From contig OZ116707.1 of NCBI GenBank assembly GCA_964199315.1, positions 8,742,001 through 8,806,000 on the forward strand: 64,000 nt of DNA, given 5' to 3'. The stretch's first letter is position 1; the number at the start of each line of letters is the position of its first letter. The stretch is from Orbicella franksi. Lineage: Eukaryota. Of this stretch, positions 36,601 to 47,019 are shown piece by piece. The notes below the pieces were generated by a model. That model searched no databases. It was not told the DNA's origin and was given only the letters and a program-made list of their open reading frames with translations. The translations under genes and the position numbers were made by a program.

Positions 36601-39447
36601 CAGGTACCAGAAATATCAATTAGTATTACTAATAGTAATTTTATTTCAATAACTTTGCAAAATCCACAAATTACACCATGTTTTTTTGTGAATAATACAA
36701 CCATTGCATGTTTCACAATGTAAAAATTTCTGTATGTTAACAGTGTACATGTAATTCAACATGTCATGGCACAATGTATGTTAAAATTGCCAATTGAAAC
36801 TGACTGTTCCTTAGGCCAGTCAAGCCGGTAGTAGCAGCAACATGGAGTTTACAGGCCACCAAAAGGCTTTTGCCTTCCTGCTTGGCACAGGCATGATTAT
36901 AAAGGCCTTTATTTCTGATCGACATATGCAAATAGCCAAATGGATGCGGGAGACTTGTCCGAAGAAGTGCAAAGAGCTGGGGAAGCCTGTAATTGACCAC
37001 TGCTTTGACCTATGGCACATTAGTAAAAGTAAGATTTATACCAGTCTGTGAATACTACATACACTAGTGCTAGTTCTTTACTACTGTTTTCCTGTTAGGT
37101 CAGCTTAATGCAGAGCAAGTGCATATTATGGATATATTGGATCAGGTGGTAAATTGAACACATTTGAGAAAAACTAGAATTTTTATAATACTTTTTGTAC
37201 AGTGTCACATGGAAAGCCTTACTTTGCACTCATTTTTTACCTCCAAAATAGAAATACAGAAGGCTCTTATCAAGTTAAGCAAAGAGAAGGGGTGTGAGGT
37301 AATTGGGAAATGGTGGAAGGCATGTGTGAGGCACTTGTACTGGTCAGTCACCCCAACTATGTCTAACCAAGGGGAAGTCATACTGGCAAAATTTCAGTGC
37401 CTTTTGTCACATATCATCAACAAGCACAAGGAGCTTCCAAACCATTTATTTAACAAGTGTGCACATGGTCCAATCACCAGCCCTCGTGTTTGGTTAACAA
37501 AAGGTACTTACGGCACTGTGTTTGAACATCTTTACTGATTCATGAATGCTCTTGTGACGGTTAATGACTTTCAACACCTAGAAAATTCACTCTTTTTTCA
37601 CTTATGATGTTTAGTAGAAACAATTCAGGTAATGTGGCATAAATAGTGGAATGCAATAACAATGTACATACAGTATACTTGTGTTCTTTATATGTGTTCA
37701 TTATATGGCACCAATAAAGCCATGTACATGTATATATGTATTTCAAAGGGTCAGTCGCCTATGAAAAACTGTGTGAAGTACTTTCCCAGGCACCTCTGTT
37801 GAAGGCAATTGAGAAGGCTTCTCCAGTAGCAAAAACAAGCTGTCTTGAGGGTTATCACTCTGACGTGAATCAGTTTGCACCCAAGATGCTGGCTTACTCT
37901 TACCTGGGGATACTTGCCAGGTAAGAACCTAAATTAGTTGTGTGGCCTGAAAGAAATGGCCAACAGTTGCAGTCTAAATGCTGGTTCACTAGTATTGTTG
38001 CCACAAAATGTTTACTGATTTTTCAGGCCCTTAAATAATATTGCTGCTTTAGAATTATTCTAAAACCACAGCACTGAAATTTTTTTATTTATTGTGTATA
38101 ATCAATATTGACATTAGCTATCATATCGATATCAATCTTGCTGGGTGTCGAGACAAGACAGAAAATAACAGCACACTAGTTCTTGTCATGATGTCAAAAT
38201 TAATATTATAAATCTGTGAAGCCAGTTACATTGAACAGTAGAAAAGCTGCTACAGATAATAATAACTATTGTTATGTTCCTAGACTTTCACTCAACAAAA
38301 CGAGCACTGTGATTGGTTGATTCTTGTTCACCTGCCTCTGATCAATTCTGGACTGGGATACAATTCCGCAGTTGATGCCCGCGCCGGATACAACATTTGT
38401 TTGTTTGTGGGTTTTGCTGTGATTGTTGAAGGGAAAGTCTAAATATATAACAGTGCACTTGATGTCTGGTCCCTCGGGAAACAAGTTGGTTTTGTTTTCC
38501 CTTGAGTCCTGATGTTTCCCTTGACTTTGTCTCGGGAAACATGTATCAGAACTCTCTGGAAAAGAAAACTAACCCTTTCCCTTGGGACCATACATTGAGT
38601 GTATATTATTAATCTACAATGGGGGTTATTTCCTTAACAGCTGTCTACTGTGCATTTATTATAACACTTTTTTCAGGACCATCCTTTCTGCCATACATTT
38701 TAATTACAACCTTCAAAGAGAGGCACAAGTTGATGATCAAGGCAATCCAAAGCTAAAGGTGACGTATGCAAAATTCAAGGAGGGTGAAGCCACTGTCAGA
38801 GAGGTGAAAGTGGAGCAAAATTATGGTAAATAAATTTAAAGCTGTCTAACCCCTACACCTTCAATACATGTAAGAGGAAAAAATAATGTTTATTCATTAG
38901 TATTATTGACATTCAGGCTAACTACTCTCACTAATGGGCTAGCTTGACTAGAGTATTGGAATTAACATTTCTTTTTATCATTCACAGTGCATCTGTAGCT
39001 CTATTTCTTACTTATACATTCATTATGAAGAAAGCAGTTCACCATAGGAACATGTAACATTCATACTGTAATCTAATTGTCCTATCAATAGTAGTTCTGA
39101 ATGACTGTGTATATTAGTTCAGTTTTCATATTTATATTTCCATAGATTATGTGTCTGAAATATATGAAACCCTAATTTCAACACCTAGGGCAGATCTAAA
39201 GTGTATAAAGGATGAGTTGAACGGACAGATTCCTGAGGCCTTACACGCTATGCTCTCAAACAAAGAGACAAGTGAAGATGCCAAGGAAAAGTATAAGTCA
39301 AGGAAAGGAAGGGAGACACTGATATGCCCTCCAACTGCAGAACTTGAGGAGGTCGCCCAGCCTCCCACATCCAAAAGGAAAGCATCTGTATGTAAAAAGT
39401 GTGGCAAACCAAGAAAGGGACATAAGAAAGGGCAGTGCAGCAACTAG
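33690..39447 (+). pseudogene. Kolobok-type THAP + DDE transposase, multi-exon, THAP N-half missing
   Basis: VCSEHFDETCF...LLPHSVPTI (THAP C-half); VLAGDGHHDSMGHSAKYGTYT; FISDRHMQIAKW; FDLWHISK; TSCLEGYHSDVNQFAPK; SAIHFNYN; C-terminal CKKCGKPRKGH. One frameshift at ~36370. Confidence 0.8.
38265..38610. mobile_element. Intronic MITE-like repeat with a palindromic right arm
   Basis: GGTCCCTCGGGAAAC ... CCCTTGGGACC inverted arms inside a transposase intron. Confidence 0.45.
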
Positions 39448-39889
39448 AGAAGACATTCTGACATTCTCTCTGCATGCCACTACACAGTCCCCTTGCTGTT
39501 TTCATATCATTTTAGCAACCAAAATAATTGACAAAAGCAGAAGGCTAATTAATACTTCGTAAACATAATTTTTTGATATAAACAGTTTGAAGGAAACATC
39601 CAAGTCGAGTCCAAAAACAGGAACATTGATTTTTGCCATCAACACCTTAACTTATGATTTCTCTGTATTCCATTACTATAAATTACATTTTGATGTCATA
39701 AAAATGCTGATGCATGGTTATTACCAATTCAGACTGAAATACATGTTTTCATGCTTTTACCTAACTTCATTGTCTCAGAGGTTAAACATCAATGTTAATG
39801 AAATAGTTGGCATGTGTACACATTGGTTCATTGCCTTTGAGGTACTGTATGTAAAATGCTTCTTAACTGATACCTGCAAATACATGTAG

Positions 39890-41089
39890 TCAGTCTTCAG
39901 TTTCCTCCTCATAGCCTCGATATTGTTCTGCATTATTGGGGAAAGCTTTCCTTATAGCAGAGTAGACACAACTTGGGAGGGGGGACTCTGTTGGAGGATC
40001 CAACATATTCCCAAACAAATCGCACAAATTGCCGGTAGGCAACAGATCTATGGAATCTAGATATTGAAAAAGAACAATGCCATGGTAAGTAATTTTTACA
40101 TGCAAACTAATGAATCATCACAATTTCAAGGAAAATGCTTTAGATGTACGTGGACCAAATAGCATAATTTTCTGCAAATTATGATATTAATTTATGAAAA
40201 TTAAAATAATAATGAAAGGTCACTAAAACGATAAAATGGAGGCAGGGTTCTGAAAATCTACAGGTAAGTTCTAGACAATTAATATACAATATCCGTCTAG
40301 TACTTTCGTAAGTAGTAAGAACAACTGAAATGCCACAAACGTTGCCAACAAAACATCACTAACAAAAAGACTAAGTTACTGGGACTTCACATTTTGAAGA
40401 ATCATTTTAGCTACACGAAAACAGACTCACTCATTTTCAGCTGCTCCCAGTTGAGTCATCGTGGTTGAATAAGACTTGTTGCGTCTTGTTTTAAGTCCCA
40501 CTACAGCAGTCTGCAATACCCACGTGTTTAGGCAAACAGTATCCAAGCCTGAATGTGTTGTAATACAGGCGCCCTCCATATCTATTTCCTCCATTTTTTC
40601 CGAACAGCATCTGCACTCATCAGGCTTGACAACAAACTCCAATGTACAGTTAGAGCATTTGCACCTGAAAAATTGCAACATTCTAATGGCCTGCGAATAA
40701 GTTTCACAACTGTAGATAGCAATACCAAAGGTAAGAGAGCAACTGAACATCCAGTAATAGCCTCTCGCGATCCGACTTGTAAAGTGAGTAAGTTTTAGAT
40801 AAATGCTCGCAATAGTCAAAAGAAGCAAAGAGAAAAGTAGTACAGACCAAGTTCCAACATCAACTTCACCAGAAAATCTGCTCCAGAGCATCTCCTCGTC
40901 CTCTTCTTCGATAGCAAGCTGCTCTGCATAGCTGGCTATCTCTTCTTCGGTTGCAATCAGCTCTAAACTGTCGTCATATCGTTCTACGTCCTCAGCTGTC
41001 GAATAAAAACTTTCAGAAGATTCGGCCGAAGACTCTGATCCACTGATTGAAGAAATTTCGGAGAAATCTTCGTCAGAAACATTGGACAT
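39890..41089 (-). pseudogene. KolX-like accessory gene (P2X7 ballast / Zn-Cys domain), 3 exons
   Basis: Acidic N-terminus; CKCSNC...ECRCC...CIT.H...VCLNTWVL; last exon RSVAYRQFVRFVWEYVG...PLPSCVYSAIRKAFP. One frameshift in the last exon. Confidence 0.8.
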
Positions 41090-41383
41090 TTCCTCAAACT
41101 TTTACTCAAGAGCCTACTAAACAACACTGAAATCAACAACGAGGGTTGAGAGTCTGACGTCATGATTGATGCATTCCGCTGCCATTCCGCAGACTCAACT
41201 GGAACACGATTTCAGTAACGGTGGACAGATTTCCAGCGATTTCATAGCAAAAATACCGTACCATAGAACACTTGGTTTGAAGTTTTTTCCATCCTACGAT
41301 CCACTAGTGAACCCAAATAGCCATTTTCAGTTGAAAAATATTGGAAAAAAAACTCATGATTTTCCGTTTTAGGGGCACTTTAA

Positions 41384-41900
41384 GGAAAGTTCATTTCTTG
41401 AACAATGATGCATGTATTGATGGCCTCCAAAGGGAACTACCAACTTACGTTGCTGCTGCTACTGATGTCAATCCTGATATTGATGCTTTAACCTGTTGGG
41501 GGAATCACAAACAAGAGATTCCAAATTGAGCAAAAGCATGCAAGAAAATCTTGCTTATCCAACCATCATCCGCAGCCTCAGAGAGGATCTTCTCATTGCT
41601 ACAAAATGCCTTTCAGGACAACCAAGCATGTGCTATGGAGGACTATATTGAAGCCTCCATCATGCTTCGGTATAACAAAAAATGATCATGTAAAAGGAAT
41701 ACTTATACTTTATGTTGTTGATATAACCATCCATATAAGCATATCAAGCGATTGTATTTTATTTTAGGTAAACAATGAGTGATCCGGGAAAAAAATTTTG
41801 AGCATAAAAGTGGGACTTTTTCAGCATAATAGAAACACTTTTTGAGCATGAAGAATTAGCATAATAGTGAAAATTGTGAGCATAATGTGGACAACCCTAG
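41384..41900 (+). mobile_element. hAT transposon 3' remnant (dimerization domain and terminus)
   Basis: ELPTYVAAA...IPN*AKACKKILLIQPSSAASERIFSLL...EDYIEASIMLRYN*; then AGCATAAT subterminal repeats and terminal CAACCCTA. Confidence 0.8.
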
Positions 41901-43644
41901 TGTGTGCCTGGCCTAATTACACCATACTTCCCAGCAGGACTGGCAAAAATGCCTGAAGAACTAGTGTTCAATTTTGGGTTTTCCTATTTGATAACCTTCG
42001 ACTGCAGTGTGGGCTATTCCATGACGACTGAGAGACAGACGTCTAATTTGCAGACTTAAAGGGTGTAGGGAATATTGCGAAGCATACATCGCCAACTGAG
42101 AAACATGGTTCAAAGATCAGGTGGGCTCTTGTGGCAGAACTAAGCAGAGGGAGGGCACTTTGTCAAAACAAGAGATGTTTCAACTGGCAGGGCATCCCTT
42201 GAGCCAAAAAATTATGACTGGAAATGAGCTGTTTTATGATCATTTGGATGACCTTCACCTCAACGATTTTAGGAACGTAATGCACCTCCATGCCCCATTT
42301 TGGAGTGACATCTCAGCACAATTCATGCACGGTTTTCCGTGATGTCTAATCACAGACTCCCACAGAGACATCCTGCCAGGAAACATCACAGTTGCAGCAA
42401 GGATTTCCAACCAGGCAGTGCATAGTTCGTCTATAGGTGAGATGAACAGTCCAGACTCAGTTCATATTTATACAGGTACACAGGTACACATGCTTACATC
42501 ATAATAATCATTTTATATTACTTGTTTGGCACCAAATCAGCATTTAGGTATGATCAAATGCGCCCTACAAAACTGGCCCAGGCACTTTTTAGACTGCTTG
42601 TAGCACAGGTTAATAGTTAATAAGATATCAATGAAGACAATACAGTATTAAGTGCTTTCTAAGAGAACTGCAAAAAGGCTTTCAAAGGTTCCATCGCCCA
42701 AATACCTACACCATTCAGTTTATCCATATTATGCAACAGTGCCCCTTTAAAAGTCAGACCACAGTAATCACAAGCATTTTAAATTTTCCAGGAGATATAG
42801 CTGGCTTTCCTTCAAGGTCAATAATTAAGGGTCTCGGGCTGTCAACAGCGGAAATACTGTTAGCTCTTGGCAGTGCAGTCAAATATGCTGGAAAACGCTA
42901 CAAACCAGCTCACTTTGTTTAGCTGATGATGAGATTTGGCCTGAATTTCTTGACCTTAGAACCACTGACTACTGAGCATTTACAGGCCCTCAGGACAACC
43001 TCCACAAATCACTGGTCCCAGGTGCTTTGGTCTTTACCACAACCACCAAACGAAGAATATGGGAGCAGTTCTGAGGAGGAGCCCCAACTGACAGTAAGTT
43101 AGCTGGGACACTCATGATGAGCTTGGAACCTTGCTGCCAGGTGCACCAGACAGCGAAGAACACGATACCGCTCTAAGAAGGCACTTTGACAGGCTGGTTC
43201 AGTGTTTTGTGTCTCAAACCATTGTGACAGAAGTTGCTGTTGGGACAAAGACAGGCCAACGCCGGCCCAGTGGCAACTCTGAATATCACCGAAGAAGGAA
43301 ACAGGCAGCTCCTCACCGGGCTGTAACCAGCGCCTCATGCGACACAAGTAACCCAGCCATCAGTGGCCAAGAGGCAGAACAGGGAACACCTCCAGTGCCT
43401 GCAGTTGCAGCTCCAGATACAACATGAAATCTCAGAGAGGTCTTGGTAACCCTCCCAGGTATCAAAGCAACAACAATTTCCAGCAAGGTCTCACTCACCA
43501 GGCTTGAACAGTTCTTGCATGACAACCAGCTGTGCAATCCCAAATGGGTAAGCTGCAATGAAAATTTGACCCAAATACTTTACAACCGGATATGTTGACC
43601 TTCAATTTCATCCTTGCTTTCAAATTTTTCTCCCTTTGTTTTAA

Positions 43645-43733
43645 CCCCTTCCTAAGAGTGACTTATAGATTTTACTCTGTCTAATGCCAGACGATTTTAC
43701 TCGTCAAAGGGAGACCCCTTAGGGGTTAAAGGG
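43645..43733. mobile_element. piggyBac-like MITE
   Basis: TTAA-CCC...GGG-TTAA (TTAA at 43641-44 and 43734-37), 89 bp. Confidence 0.7.
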
Positions 43734-43929
43734 TTAAAGTAACAAATTTCTGTACCGAAAACAAGGGAGAAGAGTTTTAAAGCCAGGATAAAATTGAACC
43801 ACACCAGATAATATTGCAGCAGTTGTGACATGGCTAACCAATATTATTGTGCATTGCTTGGACAAGAACACCATAGAAGTAGTTGAGTTCACCCTGGGCT
43901 AGATAATAACGACACTTGAATAAAGTCAT

Positions 43930-43992
43930 GCCTCCCAAAGACCAACCCCTAACGTCCTCGCTTGAGAGAGGTGGGAAACAGCAGAGTAGGGG
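43930..43992 (+). ncRNA. Candidate HDV-like self-cleaving ribozyme at the 5' end of the RTE element (degenerate)
   Basis: P1 GCCTCCC/GAGAGGT (G.U at cleavage site, 1 mismatch), P2 CCCCTA/TAGGGG, L3 TCCTCGC, P1.1 CC/GG, minimal P4 G-GAAA-C, J4/2 AGCAGA; P3 imperfect. Confidence 0.45.
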
Positions 43993-45490
43993 ACAGCCTG
44001 TCAGGGTGAAGTACAGTGGGACTTGTCCTGGGGCCGCTACGGTAGCTGTGAAGGCCTTGCAGAAACCCTGAACAAACTGGCTAATAGGGGCTATGGCAAG
44101 TCTGCAGAGGGCTGGTCACCCCTTCTGACTAATGAGTGATTACAAAAACTGACACAGGAAATTTACAGTGCAAGACGACTGGTCACCAGAAAGCAGACCA
44201 CTCCTCGGGTGGTAGTATGATGCTCCGTAAGCCGAAACCCCCCTCTTTTCTGGGACCTAAATTCATAACCAGAATTGGCTGCTGGAATGTCAGAGCGATG
44301 TTCGAATGAGGAAAAGCTGCACAAGTGGCCAAGGAAATGAGACAAAATAGAATTGATATTTTAGGAGTTAGCGAAGCCAGATGGACGGGTAGTGGCAAAC
44401 TAGTATTAGCTGAAGGGACAACTGTTATATATTTAGGCCCAAAGGATGCTCTACATCAGGAAGGTGTGGCTCTCGTGCTAAATAAAACATCTGCTAAGGC
44501 ACTTATGGCATGGAAACCAGTAAACAAGAGGATTGTCTGCGCTAGGTTCTACTCTAAACATTGCAAACTTACAGTCACTCAATGCTATGCACCCACTAAT
44601 ACAGCAGACGAGGCAGACAAGCTCAACTTCAATGAACAGCTACAGTCAGAGGTGGCAGTAACACCAAAGCATGATGTCTTGATGGTAGTAGGTGACCTAA
44701 ATGCCAAAGTTGGGAGTGACAACACAGGAAGAGAAGATCATATGGGGAAACATGGCTCTGGTGACAGGAATGAGAATGGAGAGCTCTTTGCAGATCTCTG
44801 CGGTCTTAATGGGTTGGTCATAGGGGGTACCATCTTCCCTCATAGAGAGATTCATAAGACCACATGGATGTTCCCAGACAAAAGGATCAAAAACCAGATT
44901 GATCATCTTGCAATTAACAGCAAATGGAGAACCTCGCTCCTGGACACAAGGGTGTTTAGGGGTGCAGATATTGGAAGTGACCACATGTTGGTGGTTGGCA
45001 GGCTCCATTTGAAACTAAGGAGGGTAGTCAAAGAGTCTACAAGGACAAGGTTAAACCTTGATAAGCATAAAGATCCACTAACACAGAGGGTTCAGCTTAA
45101 GGCTACAGAACAGGTTTGAGGTTCTAGTGGAATTGGGCACTCAGGAAGAAGAAACTGGGGTGGAAGATATTTGGTAAAGTGTTAATGGCATATATACAGA
45201 AACAGGAAAAGAAGTGCTAGGGTACTCAACCAGAAAAAGGAAAGAGTGGATCTCAGGCAACACATGGACTTTAGTTCAGGAAAGGAAAGAATTGAAGAAA
45301 CGCATGTTAAATAATACCTACCACACTCAAGGCAAGGATCTCCAGCAACAATACAGTGTTAAGAAAAAAGCAGTTAAGAAAAGCGCCCGTGAAGCCAAAA
45401 GAAACTACATCGGGAATAAAGCAAAAGAAGCAGCAAAGGCAAATGACAACAAAAAGCTGTATGATATTACGAGAAGTCTCTCTTGTAAAT
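43930..45490 (+). mobile_element. RTE-clade LINE, 5' part (UTR + AP endonuclease)
   Basis: GCWNVR, DILGVSEARW, QCYAPTN, VGDLNAKVG, NQIDH, GSDH; linker KKLYDITRSL. Confidence 0.9.
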
Positions 45491-45759
45491 CCATGATGGT
45501 CACGCAATGGTCCATAGGTCTGGTTTGTGTCAAGTATCACCCCACGGGAGAGAGCGGCGTTCCCTCAAGGATAAAAGATATTTCTCTCGAGCAATTCGGC
45601 CTTCTTCCCTTGGCCCTTGTACCCTCAGTATCTCGTAAGGAAACTTTTTTTCTACACTGCCTCCAAGAATTTTCGGGCAAGTACCTGTTCTCATTTTCAA
45701 CTCTTCAGTTCCCTCTTTAGATCTTAGTTTACAACATTATGCTCCAAGCAGCCAAATGA

Positions 45760-46284
45760 CGGTAACACGTGTTTACGCGAATATGTAGGGCGGAGTACCG
45801 ATCTAGATGCTAATTTGCATATCCACGAAGGCATAGAGTTAAAATGGCACGGGGTCGGGGGAAGAACAGTACTCAAGACCGTCCAATTTGATCTTTCTGT
45901 GGGTGAATCGTTCAAGCCCAACATAGTTATATTACATCTAGGCACTAACGACTTAAGCCATCTTTCCCCAGTGAACGATGGCTCAGCAATTGAAGACCTT
46001 ACCCAGTCCCTCAGTGCCTCGCTAAACATGAAATGTGTCTGTGTCTGTCAAACTATTTATCGAATGGGAGCTCCTACGTTCCACAAGAACGTGATCCTCT
46101 TAAATTGGTATTTAAAAGTAGTGCTAGAGCCGTCCCTTATGCAATTTTCTGGAGCCATAAAGGGTTCTGGAGGGCAAAAACTAATTTTATGGCCCACGAC
46201 AGGGTACATTTAAATGGTCTGGGTCAGCACAAGCTCCATCATAGTTTTAGGGGGGCAGTTCTATATTGCCTAAAATCGCTATAG
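45760..46284 (+). pseudogene. SGNH/GDSL hydrolase, frameshifted
   Basis: LREYVG...WHGVGGRTV...DLSV...KPNIVILHLGTNDL...FWSHKGFW...DRVHLNGLG. Confidence 0.8.
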
Positions 46285-47019
46285 CCGCAAATCGGCATAT
46301 GTAACAAATTTGAAACATCCTCTTATTTATCTATACTGCCTGCCTTGCCCAGCCATTTTGTGATTTTCATTTAATTGTCTTAAGATTTGCCAGTTCCCTT
46401 TATGTTTTAAGCCAAGCCGACTCGTCAGTTGATGTTTGTTTTTTCACAGCCCCTGTTTGTTTGCCGTTGGGTTTTACTCCCACGAGCAATGACTGTGCTT
46501 ATTCGTTTCATTGGAACCATGGTTCGCACGTCCAACGTGCATTTATGGCTTTGACGATGATTTATTTTCTGCTTACCCCTGCCATATGAATGTACAATCT
46601 TTAGAATGCCTCTTTACGAGTGGTCCAATGCACTCGGCACTGGCAGTAATGCATTGTTTTGGGAACTTGGCCTCTGTTATCTTTTTAATCCGGTTATGTA
46701 TCATTGCTTATGAACCAAAGAACCTGTGGAACTGCCCACCTCAACTACGACCAAAAAATTCAGGATGGAATTTTATCTTATCATTTTGAGTCGTATTCCT
46801 TCTTATCAATTTTGTCTCGAAATCGCATTGCATTGCATTGTATTTAATTACCTGATATTATCTATTATCGATAATTCATGCCTCCTCAACTGTGACCAAA
46901 CAATGTAGGATGGAATTTTATCGTGTCACTTTGAGTCACATTTCTTATCAATTTTGTTTCGAAATTACATTGCATTCCATCATATTTGATTACCTAATGT
47001 TATCTATTATCGATAAGTC

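Larger units (their letters stand above)
33690..41379 (+). mobile_element. Kolobok DNA transposon (left end not found)
   Basis: Convergent transposase and KolX genes; right end ...AGGGGCACT followed by TTAA (41380-83), consistent with Kolobok termini and TTAA target. Confidence 0.65.

Noticed and set aside
43131-43427. Plus-strand ORFs here and at 42121-42342 and 56018-56540
   Set aside because: Interpreted as antisense shadows; the minus strand has consistent splice sites and a phase-continuous frame.
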